Of a DNA stretch of 64,000 bases, positions 48,432 through 58,659 are shown in pieces. The translations under genes were made by a program, and so were the position numbers. Position 1 is the stretch's first letter; each line of letters begins with the position of its first letter. The notes beneath the pieces are model-generated. The model was not told where the DNA came from. It did not search any database and saw only the letters and a list, made by a program, of their open reading frames with translations. Where the stretch lies: IMG/VR virus record IMGVR_UViG_3300022895_000010, one strand, 5' to 3'. This DNA comes from a virus.

Positions 48432-50348
48432 TTGATTAACTTTAATCCTTCTAGTGGTTTAATTCATAATGTAGAAGTATCTATTACTTATTCAGAGAAA
48501 CAAAAAAATAGATCAACTTTCGGATTAAAAGGTAAAGAATTGTATTATGAAAAACCTTTTAGGGTTTATGAAAATACTACTATAACGGCAAAAGAGATTA
48601 ATGATAGATTAAATGCTGGAAATGTTGTTGTTGGTACTGAATCTAAAGATATTTCCAATGTAGATTTAGATGCGCCACCTGCTCCAATACTAACAGGTGT
48701 TACTGAAGGTGGAAGATATAATAGTGTATCATTGAATATTTCAAATAAAAGCGCTTTATATGATTATGTGATAGAACTTAATGGTAAACCCTATACATTA
48801 GGTAGTACTGTTAGTGAATCAGGTAAATATGCTTTTGTAGTAACATGTAAGAAAAAAACTAATTATAAAACTAGTTCAGCTACACTTACATTTGAAATAA
48901 TTCGTAAAGATACATTTGAAGCACCATCTATATTCTATACACCTGAAAGAACTCTTAATAAAGATGTAAGGGTTTCTATTATTTATAGTAGAAAGACATC
49001 TATTAATGAGTATAAAATAGGTAATGGAGCTTGGACTGCATATAGCGGTGCATTTACTATTACACAAAATGATACTATTTATGCAAGAAGTATTAATTCA
49101 GTTGGTGAAATTAATGAATCAAATATAACAGTTAGTAATATTGATAATACACCTCCTGATGTTCCTATTATTTATGGTATTGAACCTGATTCCATTCAAA
49201 CGCATGCTTTTCCAACTGTTCATAAGAAACGCAATCATAATTATGCTTTTGAATTAAATGGTAAACCTTATGAGCTTTATACTCCAATAACCAACTTTAC
49301 TAGGATTAAAAAGACATATACATTCAAGGTAACAGCTACTAAGAAATGGAATGGTAAATCTACATCCGCTACTAAAACGTTTACTATTGACACTATACCT
49401 CCTATGAAACCAGAGGTTATAGGTATAACTCCTAATAATTTTGGTAAAGAATTTATTCCTAAATTATCTTTCAAAGAGGTAGGAGTTAAATATACTGCTT
49501 GTCTAAATGGTGTTCCATTTGATATAGAAGCAGATGTTAATCCTTTCCCTAAAACTACTAATCGCTCAGATGACTTTTATATTATTACAGTTACAGCAAC
49601 TAAATTATCTAATAACTTAAAGAGTAGTTCTTTTATTTATTTTGAATTAAATAATAATGCTTCTCTTAATATAATTAGTCCTAATCGAGTAATTTTTAAA
49701 CCTCTATACAGAGAGAATAAAAAATTAAGAGCGATTGCAGATGAGTTAGTAGTAGATCAATACACTGGACATATTTATTTAACTGATTCAGTTAAAGATT
49801 CTGAGGGCGATTTAAAACTTAAGAATATTACAGAAACAGTAGAAAAGATGATTCCTGATAGAGATATTCAACTTTCTTATAAATATCTGCCAGATTTAAA
49901 TAAAAGACTAGAATATCAGAATAATGTATTTATCTATTTAAGAGAAAGAATGACTAATTTAGAAGCAGATAATGCAAGAGTTAAAGCTGAATTAGATATT
50001 AGTGAAGCAGATTTAAATCGCCTTAAAGGAATTATAGATTCAAATGCATCCCTATTAAGCGATTTAGAGAATAAAATGAATAACCTAGAAACAGGTTTAA
50101 CTAATACTAATAATCTTATCTCAAGTATTAGAACTTCGTTCCAAGGAGTTAGAGATAAAGCAATTCAAAAGATTTATGATTTATATGAAAATGGAAGTAT
50201 TCTTGCAAGAAATATGCATTATGAGTACCTTTTAGAAGAAGTCATCTTGACTAAAGTCACTAGAGAACAATTCAATCAATTCAAGACAGATGAGATGAAC
50301 AAATATAATGCATTCAAGAAAAAGATTGATGACTTCCATAATAGTTAA
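48432..50348 (+). CDS. virion protein with Ig-like repeats and C-terminal coiled coil
   Basis: D..PP..P.I.G and ELNGKPY repeats; TTG start after AAGGGAG. Confidence 0.65.
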   Translation: MINFNPSSGLIHNVEVSITYSEKQKNRSTFGLKGKELYYEKPFRVYENTTITAKEINDRLNAGNVVVGTESKDISNVDLDAPPAPILTGVTEGGRYNSVSLNISNKSALYDYVIELNGKPYTLGSTVSESGKYAFVVTCKKKTNYKTSSATLTFEIIRKDTFEAPSIFYTPERTLNKDVRVSIIYSRKTSINEYKIGNGAWTAYSGAFTITQNDTIYARSINSVGEINESNITVSNIDNTPPDVPIIYGIEPDSIQTHAFPTVHKKRNHNYAFELNGKPYELYTPITNFTRIKKTYTFKVTATKKWNGKSTSATKTFTIDTIPPMKPEVIGITPNNFGKEFIPKLSFKEVGVKYTACLNGVPFDIEADVNPFPKTTNRSDDFYIITVTATKLSNNLKSSSFIYFELNNNASLNIISPNRVIFKPLYRENKKLRAIADELVVDQYTGHIYLTDSVKDSEGDLKLKNITETVEKMIPDRDIQLSYKYLPDLNKRLEYQNNVFIYLRERMTNLEADNARVKAELDISEADLNRLKGIIDSNASLLSDLENKMNNLETGLTNTNNLISSIRTSFQGVRDKAIQKIYDLYENGSILARNMHYEYLLEEVILTKVTREQFNQFKTDEMNKYNAFKKKIDDFHNS

Positions 50349-50351
50349 TAA

Positions 50352-50381
50352 TAAACCGTTAATAAGAATATTAACGGTTTA
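50352..50381 (+). terminator. hairpin
   Basis: TAAACCGTTAATA / TATTAACGGTTTA. Confidence 0.6.
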
Positions 50382-50406
50382 AATTTTATTAAAAGAAGGT
50401 GGATTT

Positions 50407-51060
50407 ATGTTTCGTGTTTCACTTGTACCTTTATTAGAAGAAAATTCAAATAATATTGAAGATGGTGAAATAACTGTTAACCGAATAACAGGTCATCTAT
50501 CAATTAAAAATAATGGTGAATTTGTAAGTAAAACTAAGGAACTTGAAGGAAGATCAATAATATTAGGTGAGGATATTAAATATCTTAGTCCTGAATATAA
50601 AGATCTTAAAAAAAGAACCGATGATGCAAAAGCAGAAGCAATTAAAATTGATGCTAGACTAGATGCAATTGAAACCGTTATAGCTGGTTTAGAGCAAAGA
50701 GAAGTAAGTTTAAAAGCATTAATAACACAGTTAGAGAATTCTAATGAAAGTCATTATCAAAGAACTGATAGTCTTTATGGTCGGCATGATAAGACTTCTG
50801 TAGATATATTTAAAAATTCTCCACCTATTATTGACTTAGAAAGACAATTTGATGAATTCAAATACTTCAAAGGTGAAATAGATAGTTGGTTTTCACATAT
50901 TGAGACTAGAAGAAATGGTGATTTAGCTACTTACCATACAAAAAATAGAAATGAACTAAATAGACGTGTTTATAAGCAGGAATTTATTGATTATAAGAAT
51001 TATATAGAAGGTCTTTATTCTGCATTAGGTGCGAGTTATACAGTTCAAGGTTTCGAATAA
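50407..51060 (+). CDS. coiled-coil fibre-like protein
   Basis: DGEITVNRITGHLSI head motif plus heptads. Confidence 0.6.
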   Translation: MFRVSLVPLLEENSNNIEDGEITVNRITGHLSIKNNGEFVSKTKELEGRSIILGEDIKYLSPEYKDLKKRTDDAKAEAIKIDARLDAIETVIAGLEQREVSLKALITQLENSNESHYQRTDSLYGRHDKTSVDIFKNSPPIIDLERQFDEFKYFKGEIDSWFSHIETRRNGDLATYHTKNRNELNRRVYKQEFIDYKNYIEGLYSALGASYTVQGFE

Positions 51061-51079
51061 ACAGGGAGGTTGTTCATAT

Positions 51080-52180
51080 ATGCGACATATTTATAAACCT
51101 ATGGATATTAATGAATATGACGAGTTATTCCGAAAACGTTCGGTTTACCCTGAATCTGGGGAAATTGTGATAGACAGAGCGAAGAATAACTTCTGCGTTA
51201 TTGATGATTACGGTATTCCAATTTTCAATACTTCATATTTACAAGAAATGATTGCTAAACATAAAGATTCTTCAGAATATTTTGAAATGTTAGCAAATAG
51301 AGATAAAGTTAAGATGGATTTAATTGAACTTAATTATCGAGTTATAGCTTCTGAACAGAAAGTAATACAGCTTGAAAGAAGAAATGATGATCTTCAAAAT
51401 GGTTCAGGATTCATTGATCAACATCGTATTTATATTGATAGAATTACTAAATTCAATGTAGATAGACTAGGAAGATTAGATATAAAGATCAATGATACTA
51501 AGGGTATCATGGATGGATATATCCAAAGATTAAATAATTTACAAACTGAATTTAACAAAATTAATAGTACTTTAACCAATTCATCTAATGTTCAAGACCA
51601 ACGAAATCAGTTGCTTAATATTTGGAATGAAATACAAGCAATGATTGAAGATGCTAAACTTAAATTAAATAAGTTAGGATCAGGTAATGGTTCCATTACA
51701 GTAAGTAAACCTGTTACTAGAGAGGAATACCGAGAAGACTTTGGTTGGTTACGTTGGATGTCAAATAACAAAGACACTTATAATGGTGGTAGTCACCGAT
51801 TTGATGCCGCTTATCCAAGGATGCCAGAGGAAAAGGATGAATTCCGAGCAGGTTTAATAACAGATTTAGAATTTATCGGTTTATATCCAATTGATGCTAC
51901 ATGGCATGGAGCTAAGTATAAAGCTGGTTCGGGATTAAATCCAGATATAGATTCTCCTTATCGTCCTGCAATCGGTCAATATCCAGAACCATTAGATAAT
52001 AGATGGGCATTGGAATCATGGACTGATCGTTCTCAAGATCCTGTTTCAAATCTTACTTACTACCCAGAAGGAGTTCCATCTCAGTCTGGCGTTATAAACT
52101 ATTGGGGTAGAATGTTCCGTATCCGCTTTGGTGGTACAACAACTATTACTACAATAGAGTACGAAACAATTTATACATGA
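51080..52180 (+). CDS. coiled-coil fibre-like protein with globular C-terminus
   Basis: ATG after GGGAGG; SGEIVIDR motif plus heptads. Confidence 0.6.
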   Translation: MRHIYKPMDINEYDELFRKRSVYPESGEIVIDRAKNNFCVIDDYGIPIFNTSYLQEMIAKHKDSSEYFEMLANRDKVKMDLIELNYRVIASEQKVIQLERRNDDLQNGSGFIDQHRIYIDRITKFNVDRLGRLDIKINDTKGIMDGYIQRLNNLQTEFNKINSTLTNSSNVQDQRNQLLNIWNEIQAMIEDAKLKLNKLGSGNGSITVSKPVTREEYREDFGWLRWMSNNKDTYNGGSHRFDAAYPRMPEEKDEFRAGLITDLEFIGLYPIDATWHGAKYKAGSGLNPDIDSPYRPAIGQYPEPLDNRWALESWTDRSQDPVSNLTYYPEGVPSQSGVINYWGRMFRIRFGGTTTITTIEYETIYT

Positions 52181-52195
52181 TTGAGGGTGTATTAA

Positions 52196-53437
52196 ATGAC
52201 TGTAAATGTTAAATTAGTTGAAAGTGGATTACAACCAACATCAAATGCTCCACTAGTTAAAGGTAATCGTCCTTTAACTGTTATAGTAATGGATTCACGT
52301 ATAAAGAAAGCTTCAATTTATGATGTAGACAAAATGCATCGTAATAATGGTATCACTATGTTTGCATATCATTTTTATATAACTAAAGAGGGTATCATAT
52401 ATGTAGGTAGACCAGAAAATACTTATGGCAATGTAGTAGAGAATAGTACAATGCATAATCTAGATAGAAATAAGATAATGATATGTCTTGAAGGATACTT
52501 TAGTGATGAGAAACCAACTCAAGCACAAAAGATGTCATTAAAAATGTTAAATCGCTATTTAATTTCTATGTACCCGAATATTCATCATATCTATACATTA
52601 GACGAACTATTACCAGAAACTAATAATCCTGGAATACTATTTCCTGCAAATGAAATGCGTAGTGAAGCATTTGATACTATGCAACCATTATTTGTAGATA
52701 CTCCTTGTGGAATCCGTTCATATTCATATGGTTTAAGAGATTTAAGATATAATCCAGATGCTATTATGGGTGGAAATGATATTGAAGTTTATCAATATTA
52801 TCTAACTGCTATTGGTTATAAGATAGATATTAAGAATGGTTATTTTGATATCTATACTGAATTAGCTACTAAAGATTTCCAAAAGAATTCAGGTTTAAAG
52901 ATAACTGGTGTAGCTACTAAAGAAGTATTTGATAAAGTAAATGAAGTATATGACAAAATGTTTACTAAAGTAGATCCTAAGAGATTTAGAAGAATATTAA
53001 AGTTTATGAATCCTCCGATGGAAGGAGAAGATATTGGTTTCATTAAGCAAAAGTTAAATGAGACAAACTTTAATATTGAAAAGTTAGATAAAGTCTTTGA
53101 TGATAATCTAAGAACTGAAGTTACTAGATTCCAAACCGCTAAAGGAATGGCTATTGACGGTATAATCGGTCCTCTAACATTCCATGCTATTAAGAGCTTT
53201 AAAACAGTTACATTTACTAGACTTCTTAAGTATACTGTTCCTCCGATGGAAGGAGAAGATATAAAAGAAATTCAATTAAATCTAGCTAAATTAAATCTAT
53301 ATAAGAACACTATTAATGGTATATTTGATATCAACACTAAGATAGCAGTAGCAAACTTCCAAGCTACTAAATTCATTAAAGTTACAGGCGAAGTAGATGA
53401 GACTACTTTCAACCTAATAATGAATAGGGTAATATAA
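52196..53437 (+). CDS. amidase_2-fold protein with three peptidoglycan-binding (PG_binding_1) domains; catalytic residues look degenerate
   Basis: AYHFYITKEGIIYVGRP, ICLEGYF; three G.DI...Q...G.FD..T..A...FQ....+..G repeats. Confidence 0.8.
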   Translation: MTVNVKLVESGLQPTSNAPLVKGNRPLTVIVMDSRIKKASIYDVDKMHRNNGITMFAYHFYITKEGIIYVGRPENTYGNVVENSTMHNLDRNKIMICLEGYFSDEKPTQAQKMSLKMLNRYLISMYPNIHHIYTLDELLPETNNPGILFPANEMRSEAFDTMQPLFVDTPCGIRSYSYGLRDLRYNPDAIMGGNDIEVYQYYLTAIGYKIDIKNGYFDIYTELATKDFQKNSGLKITGVATKEVFDKVNEVYDKMFTKVDPKRFRRILKFMNPPMEGEDIGFIKQKLNETNFNIEKLDKVFDDNLRTEVTRFQTAKGMAIDGIIGPLTFHAIKSFKTVTFTRLLKYTVPPMEGEDIKEIQLNLAKLNLYKNTINGIFDINTKIAVANFQATKFIKVTGEVDETTFNLIMNRVI

Positions 53438-53439
53438 TT

Positions 53440-53483
53440 AATATAAGAAACTTGTCTATTAAAGATGAGTTTCTTATATTTTT
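53440..53483 (+). terminator. intrinsic terminator ending late block
   Basis: AATATAAGAAACT / AGTTTCTTATATT plus T run. Confidence 0.65.
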
Positions 53484-53494
53484 ATAAAAACTTT

Positions 53495-53510
53495 TTAAGT
53501 ATATATTATA
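53495..53510 (+). promoter_or_regulatory. early-type promoter motif TTAAGTATATATTATA
   Basis: Upstream of RNAP operon; second TATATTAT at 53598-53605. Confidence 0.65.
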
Positions 53511-53632
53511 ATAAAGACTGTTTTAGTTTTTAATAAAAAATTAATTGTTTAACATAAAAAATGATAGGAGGAATGAAAATTTCTTTTTAGGGGATAATAT
53601 ATTATATAATTTAGGAGGATATAGTATATAAT

Positions 53633-53887
53633 ATGATTATAAATATTGATAATGAAACATTAATTAATTATGTAAATGTAATTCCTAAAAAAGAAATATT
53701 CTTAGTATATGTTATATACACGAATGATAAAGGTATTACAATAACTGAAGAGTTAAACCAAACATTTGACAATGAAAAAGCAGTAAATGATTTTATTCAA
53801 TATTTAAAGACTCATTACAGTCATTATTTTTTAGATATTTATACCGAAAGTAAAATAATATTAAGTGATTGGAATTATAGTTTATAG
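53633..53887 (+). CDS. hypothetical protein
   Basis: AGGAGG RBS. Confidence 0.65.
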   Translation: MIINIDNETLINYVNVIPKKEIFLVYVIYTNDKGITITEELNQTFDNEKAVNDFIQYLKTHYSHYFLDIYTESKIILSDWNYSL

Positions 53888-53900
53888 GGGGAAGTTTTAT

Positions 53901-55217
53901 ATGCGTATTAAACCAATAGATTTTAATAAAATCTTTGATCCAAACATGGTTATCACATCAACAGATGCAGTAAATAAAGATAATGAATTTACTGATGAAG
54001 GTATTTATTCTGAGAAAATATTTGGTAGTTATCAGGATAATGATAGTATAGATAAGATTGGTTGGATTGATCTTGGACCGAATAACCATATCATTAGACC
54101 AATTGCATTTGATGCTCTTAAGAGATTATTCTTGAATAAATTAGATAAAGTTATTTCATTCAATAAAACTATCAATAAAGATGGTGAAATTGAAGATGTT
54201 ACTGAATTACTAGAAGAAATTAATATAGAAGAAGAACCGCATGTTTATACAGGTCTAGTAGAGTTTAGAGAGAATTTTGATCAAATCTTAAAAGATTATA
54301 TTGATGAAGACAAACTTAAAACAAATGATAATTATAAAAATGATTATGAATTTGTTAAATACTGGCATAGTAAAGGATTATTATTCATTAACAAGATTCC
54401 AGTATTCTCATCTAAACTTAGACCTGCTATGATGGTTGGTAAGACTTTAGTATTAGATGAAATTAATAATCACTTCAACTTTATTATTGAGTATTCAAAC
54501 GAACTTAAAGATACAATTGAAGATGGAACGGATTTAGATGATATTAAGATTCTTAAACTTCCATTACTATATCAGATTCAATTATATGCAAACCAAGTAA
54601 TGAAGACAATTATTAATGAGATTCTTAAGGGTAAGAAAGGTATCTTCCGTAAGATTATCTATGGAACACGTATTAATTTCTCTGCTCGTAACGTTATTAG
54701 TCCTATGACAGATGATGGTATGAATAATGTTCACTTACCATATAGAACATTCTTAGAACTATATAAGTTCCCATTAATCAATATTGTTTCAACAGTTAAG
54801 AATATTAACTACAATGAAGCACATAAGTTCTTTAGAAAAGCATCTAGAAAGTTCTGTCCTGAAATGTATAAGTACATGAATGAACTTATGAATAAAACTA
54901 AAGGCGGTTTACATATTCTATTAAACCGAAACCCTACAATCAATATTGGTAGTATCTTGATGTTAGAAATAACTAAGATTAAACCAAATTATGATGATCT
55001 TACATTATCTGTATCCAATAACATTTTAGCAGCTTTAGGTGGAGACTATGATGGTGACGTTCTTAATATTGTACCATTATTTACTGAATATCTTAAAGAG
55101 ACATTTAGTTTATTAAGACCAGAGAACTTAATTATCAGTAAGAATGATGGAACGTTTAATAGAGATTTTGGTTTAGATAAGGACCAAAAGTTAGGTATAC
55201 ACATTTTAAATAACTAA
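53901..55217 (+). CDS. phage multisubunit RNA polymerase beta'-like subunit (N-terminal part, catalytic)
   Basis: EGIYSEKIFG, LRPA, KGKKGIFR..IYGTRINFSARNVISP, LLNRNPTI, catalytic GGDYDGD; start at MRIKP after GGGGG RBS. Confidence 0.92.
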   Translation: MRIKPIDFNKIFDPNMVITSTDAVNKDNEFTDEGIYSEKIFGSYQDNDSIDKIGWIDLGPNNHIIRPIAFDALKRLFLNKLDKVISFNKTINKDGEIEDVTELLEEINIEEEPHVYTGLVEFRENFDQILKDYIDEDKLKTNDNYKNDYEFVKYWHSKGLLFINKIPVFSSKLRPAMMVGKTLVLDEINNHFNFIIEYSNELKDTIEDGTDLDDIKILKLPLLYQIQLYANQVMKTIINEILKGKKGIFRKIIYGTRINFSARNVISPMTDDGMNNVHLPYRTFLELYKFPLINIVSTVKNINYNEAHKFFRKASRKFCPEMYKYMNELMNKTKGGLHILLNRNPTINIGSILMLEITKIKPNYDDLTLSVSNNILAALGGDYDGDVLNIVPLFTEYLKETFSLLRPENLIISKNDGTFNRDFGLDKDQKLGIHILNN

Positions 55218-55221
55218 TAAT

Positions 55222-55259
55222 AAGGTAGATTTGGATTAATTTCTGAATCTACCTTTTTT
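55222..55259 (+). terminator. intrinsic terminator
   Basis: AAGGTAGATTTGGA / TCTGAATCTACCTT plus T run. Confidence 0.7.
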
Positions 55260-55264
55260 ATGAG

Positions 55265-56038
55265 GTGAAAACAATGCTAGAAAATACAAAGGTAAAAGTT
55301 GCTTTTCTTCAATCTGATTATAGTATGTCTGATTTAGAAAAGGATGAATGGGTTAACAAATGTAGGAGATTAGGATTATGCGATATATACAATCTTCCTA
55401 ATTATTTTAGCGGTAGATTAACTGTTGCTATTTCAAGTGACAAACAATTAGATTGGATGTCAATTGAATCATTATTACTTGATTTAGGTAAACTCTATGA
55501 TATTATAAGAGATAATCCAAATAGAATAACAATTTCGGAATTTGATATGGATATGTCTTCTAATTTTCCTAGATTTATTAATATTATAAGATATGATACT
55601 GAAACAGATTCTCATACAGCATATTGTTATGGTAGTTCGGAAATTAAAATTATTGCAATGAACACTGGAGCAATAGATGAATTAATTGGTGATATAGAAC
55701 GGATTAATATATTATCACTTAATCTTGATGTCAATAATAAAATGCATCTCAATGAAAGTGTATATAGTATTATTGATGAAGATAAAACGTTTTATTACTA
55801 TATGAATGAAATCGATCAACAAGTTAAAGTATATAAAGAAGATTTAAGAATAGTTAAAACTAAATTTAATGAATCAAATAGTCAGATACACTTTGAATTA
55901 ATATTTACAAATGATGTAGGAGAATTCTCTAAAGATATGAGGGATTTATTACTAAGTCATATGAGAGAATATATTGAAGGAAAATTCAACCAAATAAACA
56001 TGCTAAAGAATGAATTTAAAAGAATAAAGGTGAGTTAA
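55265..56038 (+). CDS. hypothetical protein
   Basis: N-terminus similar to next gene (E...W..KC..LG). Confidence 0.7.
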   Translation: MKTMLENTKVKVAFLQSDYSMSDLEKDEWVNKCRRLGLCDIYNLPNYFSGRLTVAISSDKQLDWMSIESLLLDLGKLYDIIRDNPNRITISEFDMDMSSNFPRFINIIRYDTETDSHTAYCYGSSEIKIIAMNTGAIDELIGDIERINILSLNLDVNNKMHLNESVYSIIDEDKTFYYYMNEIDQQVKVYKEDLRIVKTKFNESNSQIHFELIFTNDVGEFSKDMRDLLLSHMREYIEGKFNQINMLKNEFKRIKVS

Positions 56039-56039
56039 T

Positions 56040-56786
56040 ATGATAAAGGTATCAATGATAAATGTAGAACTTACGAGTCAAGAAAAAGAAAATAATTGGC
56101 GTGAAAAATGTATTCAATTAGGTTTTAATAGGTTTTATGAAGATGATTTATATTTAATAGGCACTGATAGAGAATTAAATTTTCATGATCAAAACGAAAT
56201 ATTTGATACACTTATCCCTTGTTTTAGTATGTTAAATCATTATGATGATAGAGATGAATTTGATACTAAATTCCTTATGGATCAATACGGATTATGGTAT
56301 GTTCAAATGGTTAAAAGAACCGAAGATGGCGCAATTGTTACATTAGAAGGAGATGATGAAGATATTCAAGTTATATCAACTGAATTTGAATATAATTATA
56401 TTCCTGAAACTAAGATAAATCCTTTTTCAATTCCAACTCCAAAAGAAGAAGGTTTAGGTAAATTATATAAATATGGAATATTCCTTGGGACTGATGGTAA
56501 AGTAAACGTAATTGAAGATTCATTTATTATAAAAAGAATTACAGATAAAAGCATCATTGTATATCCAAATAAATTAAATATAAGTAGAATTAAAATAGAT
56601 AATTTAAATGAAGTTAATTTTAGAAGTGAAAGGTCAAATGATAAGAATTTCTATACGTTTTATTTAAAGAATGAAGAAACTGATATAGATAAAATAAAAA
56701 ATAATTTAAAAAACAGAGTAGTAAGTTATGTTAAGGAAGGTTCTAGACTTTCAGAAACATGGGATAAAAAATTAGAATTATTGTAA
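56040..56786 (+). CDS. hypothetical protein
   Basis: Paralogous N-terminus to previous gene. Confidence 0.7.
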   Translation: MIKVSMINVELTSQEKENNWREKCIQLGFNRFYEDDLYLIGTDRELNFHDQNEIFDTLIPCFSMLNHYDDRDEFDTKFLMDQYGLWYVQMVKRTEDGAIVTLEGDDEDIQVISTEFEYNYIPETKINPFSIPTPKEEGLGKLYKYGIFLGTDGKVNVIEDSFIIKRITDKSIIVYPNKLNISRIKIDNLNEVNFRSERSNDKNFYTFYLKNEETDIDKIKNNLKNRVVSYVKEGSRLSETWDKKLELL

Positions 56787-56801
56787 TTGGAGGAGATTTT
56801 T

Positions 56802-57191
56802 ATGAGCAATAAATTAGTTTGCATTAAGATTACAGCAGAATTAAAAACTGTTGATGGGGAACGTAAGTATGTATCTAACTTCGAACAAGCTGAAGCAGAT
56901 ATTTTAAAGAATACCGATAGAACTTTAAAAATAATGGCTTCAGGTAATCGTTGGGTATTTGATTCTAGAACTGTAATTAATAAAACTGAATTGAATCAAA
57001 TTGTTAAATCAAGCTTCTACGTTTTAAGTCTTAGAATGTGGTTTATTAAAGGTGAGAAAGATATTGAAGAAGCTAAGAAATTATTGAGACAAGAGTATGA
57101 AAAAGAAGTACTTAAAGAATACAATAAAATATTAAGCATTAAAGAAACATTTGAGAACGGTGACTGGACAGGAGATGATTCTGTTGAGTAA
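56802..57191 (+). CDS. hypothetical protein (tandem paralogue A)
   Basis: MSNKLVC...KYV..F.Q.E..ILK.TD+T...FE.GDW. Confidence 0.75.
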   Translation: MSNKLVCIKITAELKTVDGERKYVSNFEQAEADILKNTDRTLKIMASGNRWVFDSRTVINKTELNQIVKSSFYVLSLRMWFIKGEKDIEEAKKLLRQEYEKEVLKEYNKILSIKETFENGDWTGDDSVE

Positions 57192-57567
57192 GAAATTAAT
57201 TGGTGTTAGTATCAAAGCAGTAAGTAAACGTGGAGATGACGGTAAATTAAAATACGTAACAGCTTTCAGACAGGGTGAATCAGAAATCCTAAAAGAAACT
57301 GATAAGACAATTTCAATAGGTGGTAAAGATCGTTTTATATTTAATTCTAGAGTACTAATCAATAAGAGAGAATTAAATCAACTGCAGAGATACGACTTTG
57401 GTGAAATGACTTATTATGTATGGTTTATTGAAGGTGAACGAGATATTAAAATCGTTAAAGATGAATTGAAACGTAGATATGAAGAGGATTTAGAAAAGTT
57501 ATGGTCTAAAGCCAGAGGTCTAAAAGAATCATTTGAAACTGGAGATTGGAGTGGTAGAGATGAATAA
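57184..57567 (+). CDS. hypothetical protein (tandem paralogue B)
   Basis: TTG start matches paralogue A N-terminus. Confidence 0.75.
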   Translation: MSKKLIGVSIKAVSKRGDDGKLKYVTAFRQGESEILKETDKTISIGGKDRFIFNSRVLINKRELNQLQRYDFGEMTYYVWFIEGERDIKIVKDELKRRYEEDLEKLWSKARGLKESFETGDWSGRDE

Positions 57568-58396
57568 AGTTTTCTTTGATATTAAATTTACTGGATTACA
57601 TTTAGATGCACAACCAATTTCAATTGGATTAGTTGACCATCAAAATAAACGTTCATTCTATGCAGAATTTATTGATTTTGATAAAACATTAATTGATGCT
57701 TGGACTGAAGATAATATTGTAGGTAATTTAAAATTCAAAAATCATGCTTTCCTTAAAGAAATTACTAAGACTCATACATTTAGTTTAAGTGAAACAATTA
57801 CAACAACGTATATGAAAGACAATAAAGAAAATATCTCAAATGAATTAAATCGTTGGTTAGATTATTATAAAGATTTAGAAGAATCTGATGTACAATTCGT
57901 TTCAGATTGTTCTCATTATGATTTTGCTTTATTAATTGATTTAATTTGCGGTAATGCTCTTAAACTACCATCTTATATCACACCAGTATGTGATGATATT
58001 AATACTTTAATTGCAGACTATTACGATGTAAGTTTAGCTACTGCATTTGATTATAGACGTAATAATATTATTATACGTTTTGTAGTGGATGGTTTTACTA
58101 ATATGATGACTGCAGGATCTTTAAGCGGTTCTAAAGCTAATGAAAAAGCATTAATTAATTTCTATATTTACAATCTATTATCAAGAAATAGTATTTATTT
58201 TAATACTATTGAAATTATGGAACCTACTAGAGCAGTTGTAGCTCGTCATCATCGTTTAGTATTAATTAAAGAAATTGATACAGATAAGTTCTCAATTGGT
58301 CATGCTGATATTAATGGTATTTATAGTACTGAATTAACATTTGATACTATGGATGAAGCGGCTAAAGAATTTCAAGAAAGAAAAAAATTCATGTAA
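57560..58396 (+). CDS. DEDD-type 3'-5' exonuclease-like protein (RNase AS/DUF5051-like), possibly inactive
   Basis: KVFFDIKFTGL...ISIGLV...SFYAEF, SDCSHYD; the usual D.E is D.K. Confidence 0.6.
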   Translation: MNKVFFDIKFTGLHLDAQPISIGLVDHQNKRSFYAEFIDFDKTLIDAWTEDNIVGNLKFKNHAFLKEITKTHTFSLSETITTTYMKDNKENISNELNRWLDYYKDLEESDVQFVSDCSHYDFALLIDLICGNALKLPSYITPVCDDINTLIADYYDVSLATAFDYRRNNIIIRFVVDGFTNMMTAGSLSGSKANEKALINFYIYNLLSRNSIYFNTIEIMEPTRAVVARHHRLVLIKEIDTDKFSIGHADINGIYSTELTFDTMDEAAKEFQERKKFM

Positions 58397-58410
58397 GGGG
58401 TGCTTTAGGG

Positions 58411-58659
58411 ATGGAAATTTCTATGGAGAAAATTAAAAGAGTAGTAGATGAGTTTAATAGTAGTAAAAATGTTTCAATTGTTACTAAACATACAGAGATT
58501 AGAAACATTGTTGTAAATGCATTTAAAGTAAACGCTATGTATGTGAGTGTTGATCCATCATTAAATACAGATATTGATTTAGAATATAATTACAACACAG
58601 AGTTCATTAATGATATGAACATGCATCAAGACGGTGGAGGTGCTAATATTCAATGTTAG
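58411..58659 (+). CDS. hypothetical protein
   Basis: ORF track; overlaps mazF-like start. Confidence 0.6.
   Translation: MEISMEKIKRVVDEFNSSKNVSIVTKHTEIRNIVVNAFKVNAMYVSVDPSLNTDIDLEYNYNTEFINDMNMHQDGGGANIQC

Noticed and set aside
29533-57362. Short - strand ORFs within the + strand block (29533, 40053, 43262, 45998, 48876, 49277, 52852, 57132) and 10340-10552
   Set aside because: Antisense shadows of long structural genes
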